A stretch of DNA of 63,971 nucleotides, filler included, from Lama guanicoe (Eukaryota): NCBI GenBank assembly GCA_013239625.1. It is 199 parts of 199 records of this genome, joined end to end, with 100 filler letters (N's around TTAATTAATTAA, not from the genome) between each part and the next. Parts side by side here need not be neighbours in the genome. Positions count along the whole stretch, not along the records: positions 37,025 to 37,246 come from PNXV01041001.1; positions 37,347 to 37,568 come from PNXV01041002.1; positions 37,669 to 37,890 come from PNXV01041003.1; positions 37,991 to 38,212 come from PNXV01041004.1; positions 38,313 to 38,534 come from PNXV01041005.1; positions 38,635 to 38,856 come from PNXV01041006.1; positions 38,957 to 39,178 come from PNXV01041007.1; positions 39,279 to 39,500 come from PNXV01041008.1; 191 more parts are not named here. One strand, given 5' to 3'. The notes below the pieces were generated by a model that ran no database searches, was not told the origin of the DNA, and was given only the letters and a program-made list of their open reading frames with translations. Below are positions 36,925 to 49,160 of the stretch, in pieces. How positions within the stretch are numbered: position 1 is the stretch's first letter; each line of letters opens with the position of its first letter. A program made the translations under genes and the position numbers.

Positions 36925-38956
36925 NNNNNNNNNNNNNNNNNNNNNNNNNNNNNNNNNNNNNNNNNNNNTTAATTAATTAANNNNNNNNNNNNNNNNNNNN
37001 NNNNNNNNNNNNNNNNNNNNNNNNGTGGCAAGGAAAGTGAGTGAGCAGCCGGCAGCTGGAGGGGCCAAATGCAATGGTCATTAGTGCTGTTCTCTTCCAG
37101 GGCCTTGGACGGACTGCACGTCCACATTCCACTAAAGCCGTGGAGAGCTTGCTGTGGTCAGTGAGATGTGAGCCAGGGTGGTGTGTCACCTCTGGGTGAA
37201 AGCTGGACGCGCTGGTGCACACCTGGGCACTCTGTTTCTGACTGTGNNNNNNNNNNNNNNNNNNNNNNNNNNNNNNNNNNNNNNNNNNNNTTAATTAATT
37301 AANNNNNNNNNNNNNNNNNNNNNNNNNNNNNNNNNNNNNNNNNNNNGCAGTGGGTGTTGCCTCGGAAGGCCTGGGAGGGCCTGTGAGTGATCACAGGTGG
37401 GGAAAAGGGCATCTTGGGGGCAAAACTTGGGTATCTTGGGGACAAAATGAGAGCACTGGAGCTGGGGCTTGGCCAGTAGGGATGGAAATTGTGGCATTTT
37501 GTGAGAGGACAGGTACAACGAGAAGAGTGAGCTCTGAAGATTAATTCAACTTCTCTTTCAGAGTTTTCNNNNNNNNNNNNNNNNNNNNNNNNNNNNNNNN
37601 NNNNNNNNNNNNTTAATTAATTAANNNNNNNNNNNNNNNNNNNNNNNNNNNNNNNNNNNNNNNNNNNNAAGGGCAAGGCACCTGCTCAGCTGATCTGAAT
37701 CCTGCCTGTACTTTTCAAATCACCGGGGCAGAAGAAAACTTTAGCCACACAAAATATTCTGAAAAAAACAAGCTAAATTTCACTTTCTCTGATATCCAGA
37801 GATTTCTTTCATCCAGATCTAGGACTTTCAGAAACCCAAGAGAACAATCATTTGTATATGACGTTGTGAACTGAGGGCTTTCTGGAGGCANNNNNNNNNN
37901 NNNNNNNNNNNNNNNNNNNNNNNNNNNNNNNNNNTTAATTAATTAANNNNNNNNNNNNNNNNNNNNNNNNNNNNNNNNNNNNNNNNNNNNAAAAAACAAA
38001 CAAGCATAGTTTTGGAGAAACACATGCATCTCCTTTATTTTTCTCTTCTGTTGGTGGACTGGTGGCAGCGTCATCAGGCTGGTCTGCAAGTAGAACTTGG
38101 GACCCCCACTCTAGGCATGGATGAGAAAGGGAAGCTCTTCTCAAAAAGTGTAGGGAAAGAAAAATCATTTTTCCTCTCCTTCCTAGGTTCTTGGCTGAGA
38201 CACCCCCCCCCCNNNNNNNNNNNNNNNNNNNNNNNNNNNNNNNNNNNNNNNNNNNNTTAATTAATTAANNNNNNNNNNNNNNNNNNNNNNNNNNNNNNNN
38301 NNNNNNNNNNNNATCTGTAGTTGGTTGACTCCTCAGATGTGGAACCCTCGGACCCAGAGGATCAAATGTATACGAATAATTTATGACTCCTTTTCATTGT
38401 GCCTTGAATTATAAAGCTAAGGGGCCTTTTACCTTGCCATCTCAACCTAGTCCAATGTTCCTAGATTTGGACGCCCTGATTTTATTATTCATAATGCAAA
38501 AGACAGTTTATAGTCACCTTGCGAAAGTAAGGTANNNNNNNNNNNNNNNNNNNNNNNNNNNNNNNNNNNNNNNNNNNNTTAATTAATTAANNNNNNNNNN
38601 NNNNNNNNNNNNNNNNNNNNNNNNNNNNNNNNNNGGTGAGGAGGAAGCTTTCCTAACTAATCTGAGAGTAGTCTTTCACACTTATTACATTACACACACC
38701 CTCCGATCTAATGTCTAAGTCATCAAACTCCACAATACCCCACAGCTGTTTAAAAAGAAGCTTTACCTGGGACAGTGTAACTTTCTACAGAAGTTTTGTA
38801 GCAAGAGTTTACCAAAACTGAGAATTTCCTTTTGATCCACCCCAATATGGAACAGCNNNNNNNNNNNNNNNNNNNNNNNNNNNNNNNNNNNNNNNNNNNN
38901 TTAATTAATTAANNNNNNNNNNNNNNNNNNNNNNNNNNNNNNNNNNNNNNNNNNNN

Positions 38957-39044
38957 TTTACTTTTAGAGGAGATACTGGAGATTGAACCCAGCACCTTGT
39001 GCATGCGAGGCATGCACTCTACCACTTGAGCTACACCCTCCCCC
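38957..39044 (-). mobile_element. tRNA-derived SINE of the camelid vic-1 type
   Basis: Minus strand GGGGAGGGTGTAGCTCAAGTGGTAGAGTGCATGCCTCGCATGCACAAGGTGCTGGGTTCAATCTCCAGTATCTCC followed by an A-rich tail, with Pol III A and B boxes. A partial copy lies at about 27688-27713. Confidence 0.85.
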
Positions 39045-39923
39045 TAAAACAGCCTGCATCTTGCTTTAGCTCATCACCCATTTCCTGGTTCCCACAATTT
39101 ACCATCCCTTGGAGCCCAAACCATCTCCAATTAAAACAAAAAAGAAACAAACAACAACAAAAAAAACCAGTGTATAAGNNNNNNNNNNNNNNNNNNNNNN
39201 NNNNNNNNNNNNNNNNNNNNNNTTAATTAATTAANNNNNNNNNNNNNNNNNNNNNNNNNNNNNNNNNNNNNNNNNNNNTCGTCTCTCCGGCACCACCTCC
39301 CCACACCCTCCAGAGCAGGGCAAGCCCAGCAACAGGGCGCAGAAAGGAGGAAAGAAGGGAGGCCCTCCAGCTCTGCCCGTCCTGGCCGTCGCCCCACAGC
39401 CCTGCTCCCCTACATGGGGACAGCGGAGCCCCGGGTTCCAGCATGGCCCCACTCTCCTGCCTCCCTCCTGCCCCAGGGCCTTTGCACCTGTTCCTGCTGC
39501 NNNNNNNNNNNNNNNNNNNNNNNNNNNNNNNNNNNNNNNNNNNNTTAATTAATTAANNNNNNNNNNNNNNNNNNNNNNNNNNNNNNNNNNNNNNNNNNNN
39601 ACAGACACACAGACACACACAGAGGTATACAGCCCTCGGTATCAAGATGTAGGTTTGGTGTTTTCACTCTGCTTTCCCTGTTTTGCTGGAATCCGTTGTG
39701 CAACGTGCACTGGGACTAACACATCAGCAAAGCCAGCCTTGTAACTGCGTGGCGGTGTGCGCTGACATTTCCACACGCGTTCTCTCACACTGCCGTGTAC
39801 TTGATGACTTCTCATGCTATTTNNNNNNNNNNNNNNNNNNNNNNNNNNNNNNNNNNNNNNNNNNNNTTAATTAATTAANNNNNNNNNNNNNNNNNNNNNN
39901 NNNNNNNNNNNNNNNNNNNNNNC

Positions 39924-40026
39924 TGAACACAGTTCTCTCCCAGGGCTCCAGCATGTAGAGCGCCGTGACCAGCAGGTACTGGTAGTAGAACCAGGATATC
40001 TGCTTCCAGGCCCGCGCCAGCGCCAT
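39924..40026 (-). CDS. SPTSSA: Serine palmitoyltransferase small subunit A, coding exon 1 (partial CDS)
   Basis: ATG at 40026-40024 gives MALARAWKQISWFYYQYLLVTALYMLEPWERTVF, differing from recalled human ssSPTa only at M10I. After TTC-A comes G (39923), as expected for a GT donor. CpG-rich upstream sequence runs to 40144. This frame is missing from the ORF track. Confidence 0.95.
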
Positions 40027-41210
40027 CCCCGCCACGCGCCTCCCGCGCCGCAGCCAAACGTCAGTCTGTCCGGCCGGCCTCCGGTTCGCGTCCTAAAGCT
40101 CCCGGCCGCCAGGTCCGCCCGCCCGCCCGCCACCCAGCCCCCACNNNNNNNNNNNNNNNNNNNNNNNNNNNNNNNNNNNNNNNNNNNNTTAATTAATTAA
40201 NNNNNNNNNNNNNNNNNNNNNNNNNNNNNNNNNNNNNNNNNNNNTATCCTTTCTACATTCAGTATGTCTGGTGAGATTATATGAATCCTTTTTTTTGTGC
40301 CCAAGCACTAATCTTTAATAATGTATCATGGGTTTAAAAGGCTAACTAATTGACAATTTAGGAAACAGAAATCCTCTAAGATTTTTATCCTAAAATATTT
40401 GTCATCCCTTTTGCCAATTACAGTAACATGTCACAGGTGGCTACCCTGTGGCCGGGGAGGGACATGNNNNNNNNNNNNNNNNNNNNNNNNNNNNNNNNNN
40501 NNNNNNNNNNTTAATTAATTAANNNNNNNNNNNNNNNNNNNNNNNNNNNNNNNNNNNNNNNNNNNNAAGGGTCTTGTAAGTCGTAATATTTTGAAGACTA
40601 TCTGGAAGGCATAGTAGAACTGTTTAATGAGATTCCCCATGGGAAGTTTTTCTGATTGATCTCCCTCAAAATGATCTGCTTTTTTGTACCATAATGTGTT
40701 TCTGAAGTATATTTTTATGGACTTGGGCAAGGAGAGTCAGGCAATGCTTTTTGACTTATTTGACTAGATTGGCTTGAAAAGTCATTCGNNNNNNNNNNNN
40801 NNNNNNNNNNNNNNNNNNNNNNNNNNNNNNNNTTAATTAATTAANNNNNNNNNNNNNNNNNNNNNNNNNNNNNNNNNNNNNNNNNNNNCCCCTCCCCTGC
40901 GAAATGGGAGAGCACATTTTCTGCCAGGTTCTAGGGACGGGACACTTTTCCAAGCAGTGATGAGCTACCCTTTGCAAATGCAAAATGACCTCCCGAGGAT
41001 CCCAGAGCACAGACTTAGAGTTGTGTGATAGCTCTGGGGCCAGTCTGCCTGGGTTCTAATTCTGATCCTGCCACTTGCTAGCCATCCCCGTGGGCCTGTC
41101 AGTGCCTCAGNNNNNNNNNNNNNNNNNNNNNNNNNNNNNNNNNNNNNNNNNNNNTTAATTAATTAANNNNNNNNNNNNNNNNNNNNNNNNNNNNNNNNNN
41201 NNNNNNNNNN

Positions 41211-41432
41211 TACAAAACAAGGAGAAAATAATAAAATTTATACAAAATTGTGAAAGACCAAAATTTTCTAAATTTATCTTTGAAAAATGAACAAAGCTGT
41301 GGGTATTATCCTTCCTGAATTTAGAACATACTGCAAAGCTACAGTAATCAAAACATCAAACTTTATCACTAAAAGAATCACAAAGATCAATGGAACAAAA
41401 TAAAGAGTCCTAAAATAAACCCACACGTATAT
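41211..41432 (+). mobile_element. LINE-1 ORF2 fragment
   Basis: GAACAAAGCTG...CTTCCTGAATTTAGAACATACTGCAAAGCTACAGTAATCAAAACA...GATCAATGGAACAAAATAAAGAGTCC. Confidence 0.88.
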
Positions 41433-41854
41433 NNNNNNNNNNNNNNNNNNNNNNNNNNNNNNNNNNNNNNNNNNNNTTAATTAATTAANNNNNNNNNNNN
41501 NNNNNNNNNNNNNNNNNNNNNNNNNNNNNNNNTTTTTTTTTCCTTTCCAGTGACCTGATTCTTAAGGCAAATTATTATCTGTGGTTTGAGAACCAGTATA
41601 GGCTTGCCCCTCTGGCCATATTTCTGTCCAGGCAAAGTAAAATATATACGTCTCAAAGTTAGGCCAGATTAGGATAGGAGATGGGGAGATTGCCTTTCAC
41701 TGCTGCCTCTCGGGGGCGTTAGTGAGTAGGACTGAAGCACAACGGTCACTTGAGNNNNNNNNNNNNNNNNNNNNNNNNNNNNNNNNNNNNNNNNNNNNTT
41801 AATTAATTAANNNNNNNNNNNNNNNNNNNNNNNNNNNNNNNNNNNNNNNNNNNN

Positions 41855-42076
41855 CTGAATCATACAAGACTCAGATCCAGCACTTGGAACTCGGGAGTAC
41901 TTCCAGCTTGGTGTCCACTCCCCATATTGAAGTAAGACTACACCCCGTTTCGGCAGGAAGTAGCCAGAGCGGTCATCACCCCGTTCCCTGAAAGATCTGG
42001 GGAGGGATGAAACAGAATTGGAGACTCAAATCGTGTTCTTCTGCTGAGTTTCTGATTAACCTCTCTCTCCATTCCT
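41855..42076 (+). mobile_element. ERV internal 3' end, polypurine tract and start of 3' LTR
   Basis: GCAGGAAGTAGCCAGAGCGGTCATCACCCCGTTCCC resembles ERV1 env-end sequence. It is followed by the purine tract GGGGAGGGA (41999-42007) and TG at 42008. Confidence 0.6.
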
Positions 42077-42498
42077 NNNNNNNNNNNNNNNNNNNNNNNN
42101 NNNNNNNNNNNNNNNNNNNNTTAATTAATTAANNNNNNNNNNNNNNNNNNNNNNNNNNNNNNNNNNNNNNNNNNNNTGCTACATTATAACTGACAAAGTA
42201 ATCTGTGCAAGGAGGTTCGTAACAGTGGTGTCTGACATTACTGTACCCTGACCGTGTGCCTGTGGAACGTCCTAATGTTACATGCACTGTCTCACTAGTC
42301 CCTCACAATTTTATAAAATACATGTTCATCTTGCAGATGAGGAGACTGAGGTAGAGATGTTAAAATTATGATGCTCAACATCACACAGCTAATAAGCANN
42401 NNNNNNNNNNNNNNNNNNNNNNNNNNNNNNNNNNNNNNNNNNTTAATTAATTAANNNNNNNNNNNNNNNNNNNNNNNNNNNNNNNNNNNNNNNNNNNN

Positions 42499-42720
42499 TG
42501 TATGATTCCTATTGTAGGACATTCTGTAAAATGCAAAATTGTAGATATTGTGAAGAGATAAGTATTTGCTGGGGTACATGGGGAGGGGTAAATAGGTGAA
42601 GTACAGTGGATTCTTTAGGGCAATGAAAATATTTTGTATATACTGTGGTGGCAGACACATGATACTATGCATTTGTAAAATCCATAGAACCTTACGGTGC
42701 ATGCAAATAGTGAACTTAAT
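42499..42720 (+). mobile_element. Old LINE-1 (L1MC-like) 3' UTR fragment
   Basis: TGTATGATTCC...GACATTCTGTAAAA...TTTAGGGCAATGAAA...ATGCATTTGTAAAATCCATAGAAC. Confidence 0.75.
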
Positions 42721-42820
42721 NNNNNNNNNNNNNNNNNNNNNNNNNNNNNNNNNNNNNNNNNNNNTTAATTAATTAANNNNNNNNNNNNNNNNNNNNNNNN
42801 NNNNNNNNNNNNNNNNNNNN

Positions 42821-42944
42821 TCTCCCCTTCCCTGTCCTGGTTCCTTTATTCTCTTACAAGTGTCTCCAGCGAGCACTTCCCCAATAATGCACTTACACAT
42901 GAGTTCTTGCCTCAAGGTCTGCTTCTAGAGCCTCTCACTAAGAC
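42821..42944 (+). mobile_element. ERVL LTR (LTR16-like) 3' end
   Basis: GAGCACTTCCCCAATAATGCACTTACACATGAGTTCTTGCCTCAAGGTCTGCTTCTAG...CTAAGAC resembles recalled LTR16 ends. Confidence 0.55.
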
Positions 42945-45718
42945 CTCCTCTGCTGTCCATTCCTCCAGAACCTGGTCACAACCTCAGCAGGGACCGAGCC
43001 ACAGATCCTGTTGTGTGGCCCCTCTTCCAGGACTCTAGCTGTNNNNNNNNNNNNNNNNNNNNNNNNNNNNNNNNNNNNNNNNNNNNTTAATTAATTAANN
43101 NNNNNNNNNNNNNNNNNNNNNNNNNNNNNNNNNNNNNNNNNNTCAATTTTTTAAGCCCAGATGTAGACAGAGGATTTTGGTTTTCCAATAGTGAACTGAC
43201 TATGGGATATACATGCCCCTAACATTGAGGGATGTTGTAGCAGTCCTCCAGATCCTGTTTGTGCAGCATTTAGCTCATTCCCACCCTCTTTCCTCCCTAG
43301 ACAATAGCTAATGAGGAATTGCCAAGACTACCTTGGCAGACCTATCACCACCAAAATCTTACTTNNNNNNNNNNNNNNNNNNNNNNNNNNNNNNNNNNNN
43401 NNNNNNNNTTAATTAATTAANNNNNNNNNNNNNNNNNNNNNNNNNNNNNNNNNNNNNNNNNNNNGGCGCTGCTTCTGGAGACATCCTCTGGCTCTCCACC
43501 GTCCCTGACGCTGGTCCACGCTTCTGGTGGGTGTGCAGGGCGGCGGCCTCGTGCCCGTGGTGCAGGGTGGCAGGGGCTGTGCGCTGAGATTGCATCAGGA
43601 TGATCTGGCCCAGCTGGGAGCCTGCTGCCTGGTGAGACCTGTGGGGTCTATCAGGGCCTGGAGCCCAGCCAGAGGCCACATTAGCGNNNNNNNNNNNNNN
43701 NNNNNNNNNNNNNNNNNNNNNNNNNNNNNNTTAATTAATTAANNNNNNNNNNNNNNNNNNNNNNNNNNNNNNNNNNNNNNNNNNNNTGAGCTGGAGAAGA
43801 GAAATCATGGTGAATTCAGGGGAAAGCCAGTGTGGTTTGGGAAGAATTTATGGAGAATTTTGGGCAGAAGTACATTTTGAAAGACATGCCTACGAGAGAT
43901 CACAATGATCATATCATTTAGTGCCTTTTACTTAGTGCAGATGAGTATGAATTTCATACTGAAAGCCATGAGGAGGCACTGATGGGCAAAATAAACGAAG
44001 AAGATAATNNNNNNNNNNNNNNNNNNNNNNNNNNNNNNNNNNNNNNNNNNNNTTAATTAATTAANNNNNNNNNNNNNNNNNNNNNNNNNNNNNNNNNNNN
44101 NNNNNNNNTACTCAGAAAATGAATTCTCATTTATAGAATAAGTCTTTACCTTAAAAACCATGCAATGGTCCAAGGGGGAAACAGGAAATACATTGAAAAA
44201 CAGCACCAGGTGGAAGTCTTAGCTTTTTCCCTCTCAGCAGTGATTTTTAAAAAAAAACGATTCTCAGGATGAGGTAGACACAGACGGAACAAAGAAGGCA
44301 ACTGGATGGTTAAATGGGGTTGTTTTAAACNNNNNNNNNNNNNNNNNNNNNNNNNNNNNNNNNNNNNNNNNNNNTTAATTAATTAANNNNNNNNNNNNNN
44401 NNNNNNNNNNNNNNNNNNNNNNNNNNNNNNGTCATTAAAACTGATCACAAATGTTCAACTGTTAATGCTGATTTATAATTAAATTCACGTATTTCATCTT
44501 CGAAAATGTCTTTTCACACTCAGAGGCTATAGTGCCAAATGCTGATATTTGCTCACCAGCATGTAATTTTCATTAAGTATATCCACTGCTCAAGAAGGCA
44601 GTTATAGGAATCTATTAGATTCTTCTATTGGTAGTTGCCCTTTAGCAGCCATNNNNNNNNNNNNNNNNNNNNNNNNNNNNNNNNNNNNNNNNNNNNTTAA
44701 TTAATTAANNNNNNNNNNNNNNNNNNNNNNNNNNNNNNNNNNNNNNNNNNNNTCTCTCTTGCAGACTCAGCTCTCACTTGTTGCTTTAAGGGGGGTGGGG
44801 AGCAAAGCATAGCGTTTTGCTCAGACTTTTTAATTAGCAAAAGGAACCTGTAAAACATCAGATTGGAAACATTGAAGATATTACTTATGGGGCTTTTTTT
44901 TTCTGCTTGCAATAAAATTGTAGAGCTTTGAAATTAATGCTTCTCAATTCAGGAAACTTGTTGGGCTATTAAGANNNNNNNNNNNNNNNNNNNNNNNNNN
45001 NNNNNNNNNNNNNNNNNNTTAATTAATTAANNNNNNNNNNNNNNNNNNNNNNNNNNNNNNNNNNNNNNNNNNNNTCTAAAATTATTTCAAAGTAAAATTA
45101 AAGTGTGAAATAATGGAGAGTACAGGTGACCTCTAATTAAGAATGGAGGTTTAAAGATAAATTCAGGATCTCGAAATAAAACTTTTGGAAGTGGCCTCTT
45201 TCTTCTTTTATTAGTTACAAAGTTATAACAGACTTGTCCAGTCAGCAAAGAATGAACTCTCTGGGTGTGTATTTAACTAAAGAAGATTACATGGTTNNNN
45301 NNNNNNNNNNNNNNNNNNNNNNNNNNNNNNNNNNNNNNNNTTAATTAATTAANNNNNNNNNNNNNNNNNNNNNNNNNNNNNNNNNNNNNNNNNNNNTCAC
45401 CACTTAGGGAATCTCTCTCCAGCCTCCTGCTCTTTCTCATGAGCTCCTTTGAGAAGAGTCTGCACATGGATATAAGTCTCTTATCATAACAGCCCACATT
45501 CAGTCTTCAGCAATATTTTGACTAATTTATTTTTACCCTCCTGTATGGCAACTGTGTCACCCACCTGGACTCTGCCATAAGTGACAGAGACCAAGGTCCT
45601 ATCTTTCTTGGTGAAGGGNNNNNNNNNNNNNNNNNNNNNNNNNNNNNNNNNNNNNNNNNNNNTTAATTAATTAANNNNNNNNNNNNNNNNNNNNNNNNNN
45701 NNNNNNNNNNNNNNNNNN

Positions 45719-45940
45719 GTTTCCTGTATCTTTGCCGACACTTGTTATTTTCTGGGAATTTTTTTTTCTGACGGTAGCCATCATTATGGATACGAAGTGG
45801 CATTTCATTATGTTCTGACTTGCATTTGCCTAGTGACTAATAATGTTAATTATCTTCTCATGTCCTTATCGGCCAGTTGGATGTCTCTTTAGTGAAATGT
45901 CTAAGTCCTTCACCCATTTTAAAGTCAGGTTGCTCTCCTT
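45719..45940 (-). mobile_element. LINE-1 ORF2 C-terminal fragment
   Basis: CTTTGCCGACACTTGTTATTTTCTG...GAAGTGGCATTTCATT...TTGCATTTGCCTAGTGACTAATAATGTT is antisense L1. Confidence 0.8.
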
Positions 45941-46040
45941 NNNNNNNNNNNNNNNNNNNNNNNNNNNNNNNNNNNNNNNNNNNNTTAATTAATTAANNNN
46001 NNNNNNNNNNNNNNNNNNNNNNNNNNNNNNNNNNNNNNNN

Positions 46041-46262
46041 ATATATTTGTCTTTCTGTCTGACTTACTTCACTTAGTATGATAAATGCCATGTCCATCCA
46101 TGTTACTGGAAATGACATTATTTTATTCTTTTTTCTGGCTAACTAATATTCCATTGTGTGCATATATGATAACTTCCTTATCCATTCTTCTGTCAATGGA
46201 CATTTTAGGTAGCTTCTGTGTCTTGGCTGTTGTAAATAGTGCTGCTGTGAACATTGGGGTGC
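46041..46262 (-). mobile_element. LINE-1 ORF2-end/3' fragment
   Basis: CTGACTTACTTCACTTAGTATGATAA...TCCATCCATGTT...GTCTTGGCTGTTGTAAATAGTGCTGCTGTGAACATTGGGGTGC. Confidence 0.92.
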
Positions 46263-48938
46263 NNNNNNNNNNNNNNNNNNNNNNNNNNNNNNNNNNNNNN
46301 NNNNNNTTAATTAATTAANNNNNNNNNNNNNNNNNNNNNNNNNNNNNNNNNNNNNNNNNNNNAGGGCCTGGGCTGGAGGGCAGGTGCGAGAGACTGGGAA
46401 TCAGATTTCTTTGCTGAAAGGTATCTAAGAGGGAGCCCAGGGGAGGAGCAGGGCAGCTCTGCTCCCTCACACTCACCCTGACCCCGTCCTGGGCTTTGTT
46501 GGTGTCCTCGGGCACCTGCCCCTCCTGCATGGAGATGGAGCAGGGGACACCATGCACCAGGTCCTGTCCCATCTCCTCTGTGGANNNNNNNNNNNNNNNN
46601 NNNNNNNNNNNNNNNNNNNNNNNNNNNNTTAATTAATTAANNNNNNNNNNNNNNNNNNNNNNNNNNNNNNNNNNNNNNNNNNNNCAAGTAGCAGAATTCA
46701 AGCTGTCAGCTGCAGCTACAGGTTTATCTGAAGGTTTGATTGGAAAGGAATATACATCCAAGGTCATTCCCACAGTCTTTGGCAGGCCTTGGGCCCTTGC
46801 CATGTGGTCTGCTCCATAGCACTACTTCAAAATGTGGCAGCTGGTACCCCTAAGGTGAGTAATCCAAGAGAGGCGGAGAGAGTGAGCACAATCAAGACAA
46901 AACTGCNNNNNNNNNNNNNNNNNNNNNNNNNNNNNNNNNNNNNNNNNNNNTTAATTAATTAANNNNNNNNNNNNNNNNNNNNNNNNNNNNNNNNNNNNNN
47001 NNNNNNACAGAAGCACTTACCTGAACCCAGCCCAAATTGCCAAATAATAGACATAAATAGGGGTTGTGTTTTAAGTCAGTAAATTCTGGCAGAGATATGT
47101 CATGTAGAATTAGATGACTGGTAGGTCACTAACACTATAACTGAATAGCTATTAAAATAGAGATTTTTTTCAATGAGGGTAAGTATTGTAGTCTAACCCA
47201 AGACAAACAACTGATTTAAGAAATAAATNNNNNNNNNNNNNNNNNNNNNNNNNNNNNNNNNNNNNNNNNNNNTTAATTAATTAANNNNNNNNNNNNNNNN
47301 NNNNNNNNNNNNNNNNNNNNNNNNNNNNTATGATATGATGTTGAGTATGTCCCTGTGGCCTTATTTCTTATCTGTGTATCGTCTTTGGCCAACTCTGTTC
47401 CGACTTTACCCGTTTCTAACAGGTTTGTTCTAGAGTTCTTGCTGCAATCTGAGCACAAATCCTTTATCAGGTATGTATTCTGCTGACATCCATCCAGCCT
47501 CGTTCACCGGGACCCTGTCCGGGGGGACATCAGAGGTTGGGGGAGGGTCTNNNNNNNNNNNNNNNNNNNNNNNNNNNNNNNNNNNNNNNNNNNNTTAATT
47601 AATTAANNNNNNNNNNNNNNNNNNNNNNNNNNNNNNNNNNNNNNNNNNNNCTCTGAAAACAAACAAGCAATGGGCAAGACAACTAGACCAAAAAGAAAAA
47701 AAGATCCAGCAAGAGTCTGCAAATATTCATCTTTATTCGGCACTAACTGGGCCTTTCTTACAATAGTGCCTTGTCGGAAGCCAACATTTTTATGAATAGT
47801 ATTTTCTTTCATGGTAGTTTTCTTTTAATGAATGTTTTAGAATCATCAAATTATCAATTGTTTGAGCTACTTNNNNNNNNNNNNNNNNNNNNNNNNNNNN
47901 NNNNNNNNNNNNNNNNTTAATTAATTAANNNNNNNNNNNNNNNNNNNNNNNNNNNNNNNNNNNNNNNNNNNNAAAAGGAGAGAGAGAAAGAAGGAAAACT
48001 TTAGCTGAAAAGTTAAATGTTCGCCAAATCAATTTCTGAGACGTCCTTTGATTTACTTGATAATAAAAAAAACCCCACCTTTTCAAGGATAATGGGGGAG
48101 CTGGATTTTAGGAAGATAACGTGTATCCAAGTAGACAGAGGAAGCCAACGTCCGAAAATAGTTTTGAAAATTACAAGTCTCTACCACAAGGTGGNNNNNN
48201 NNNNNNNNNNNNNNNNNNNNNNNNNNNNNNNNNNNNNNTTAATTAATTAANNNNNNNNNNNNNNNNNNNNNNNNNNNNNNNNNNNNNNNNNNNNAACTGT
48301 ATTATATTGTTTCACATATTAGAAAGAAAATGCACGCATCTGAGGGAATTAAATTCCATCAAATTCCTCAAAACATTATCTACACTTTCAAACATATTCA
48401 AAATTATATTGCCAAACGTTGCTTAATATGTTTAAATTACTTCAGAACAGATTGAGCATTGTTACCGCTTATTTCCTAAACACAATGGCAATCTTATGCT
48501 AGGAAAAGGAGTTTTTNNNNNNNNNNNNNNNNNNNNNNNNNNNNNNNNNNNNNNNNNNNNTTAATTAATTAANNNNNNNNNNNNNNNNNNNNNNNNNNNN
48601 NNNNNNNNNNNNNNNNCCCCCCTAAACTGTGTTCTCCATCCCAAGCCCAAAGTCATTCCGTCACTAAACAGCTCTTTATGGAGAATCCACCAGGCCGTAG
48701 GCACTGTCCTACGCATTGGAGAGAAAGCAGCAAACAAAACAAAATCAGCCCCAAGTATCTGCTCTCTATCCATTTTTATCTTTCGGGGAAACTCAGACAG
48801 CCAACACATACACAAATAGACATATGGTATTTCAGATGNNNNNNNNNNNNNNNNNNNNNNNNNNNNNNNNNNNNNNNNNNNNTTAATTAATTAANNNNNN
48901 NNNNNNNNNNNNNNNNNNNNNNNNNNNNNNNNNNNNNN

Positions 48939-49160
48939 CCAACTGGCTGGCAGGCACCTGTAGGTGTGTGCCCCGCATACAAAAAAGTTCCTGGGCTCGA
49001 TGTGCAGCAGAGATTGGCAGGCACACCACTATGAACAGTTGTGCAGTTATAGGTTTGAGCACACTGGGCAGTGGCCAATTTCCTACAGAATGTTCCATCC
49101 CCGAGTTGTAGATGCAGTCAGGAGCCACAGGGGCCAACTGTAGATTAACTGACTTGGGGC
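48939..49160 (-). mobile_element. env: ERV (gamma-type) env SU C-terminal fragment with two frameshifts
   Basis: Joining three minus-strand frames gives PDCIYNSGMEHSVG / LATAQCAQTYNCTTVHSGVPANLCCTSSPGTF / FVCGAHTYRCLPASW. This matches the gamma-type Env motif GxxFVCGxxxYxCLPxxW. Confidence 0.75.

Noticed and set aside
38957..39044. Possible tRNA-Ala gene
   Set aside because: The acceptor stem is imperfect and there is a GGGGAGG leader and an A-rich tail, consistent with a tRNA-derived SINE.
11914..49160. gag (11914), PPT/LTR (41855) and env (48939) as one provirus
   Set aside because: They are separate unordered contigs on different strands, and nothing links them.
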